Assembly: GCA_030390025.1 (NCBI GenBank) | Contig: CM059431.1 | Location: 159,218,001 to 159,282,000 of the forward strand | DNA length: 64,000 bases | From: Squalus acanthias | Lineage: Eukaryota | Direction: 5' to 3' | Part shown: positions 63,791-64,000 of the stretch, in pieces | Position numbering within the stretch: the first letter of the stretch is position 1 | Layout: each line of letters starts with the position of its first letter | Notes under the pieces: model-generated | What the model saw: only the letters and a program-made list of their open reading frames with translations | Database searches by the model: none | What the model was told of the DNA's origin: nothing | Position numbers and translations under genes: made by a program

Positions 63791-64000
63791 GTGAGTAGTG
63801 TATTTCTTTTACTCCACCAAAAATGCAACTGGTTATTTCACTATTTGTATTTCCTGCATCATTACTGTCGGCGGTGCAATCTTACCGCGATTTTTCTGGT
63901 TTGGCCAACAACACGTCACCAGAACTCCTACTGCTCCCAGCAGTATTGCAACTGAGAATGCAACCGTGACGATTATCTTGCCTTGTTCGTCCATTATTGC

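Overview
Repeat-dense eukaryotic DNA, probably a cartilaginous fish (shark/ray), inferred from an HE1-like V-SINE and abundant CR1, L2 and Penelope-like elements. I find no intact host gene. Layout: (i) 1-19067 holds about 2.3 tandem copies of a ~8.4 kb unit (core ~6.9 kb). Each unit packs several decayed, intronless, A/G-rich coding-like fragments in both orientations, interleaved with LINE scraps and a MITE family with ANT target duplications. These fragments look like a cassette of non-retroviral endogenous viral elements; by eye one resembles filovirus VP30 and one a rhabdovirus matrix protein, both unverified. (ii) 19070-42600 is a mosaic of L2, CR1, Penelope, SINE and RTE pieces with a C-rich minisatellite and two Penelope-type minimal hammerhead ribozymes. 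(iii) 42600-56150 is a 27-bp satellite with a near-perfect 3429-bp internal duplication. (iv) 56150-62810 is an old paralogue of 19070-24290 and 37626-40850. (v) 62860-63470 holds further virus-like decayed fragments. Boundaries were read by eye; protein similarities come from remembered sequences, not searches.
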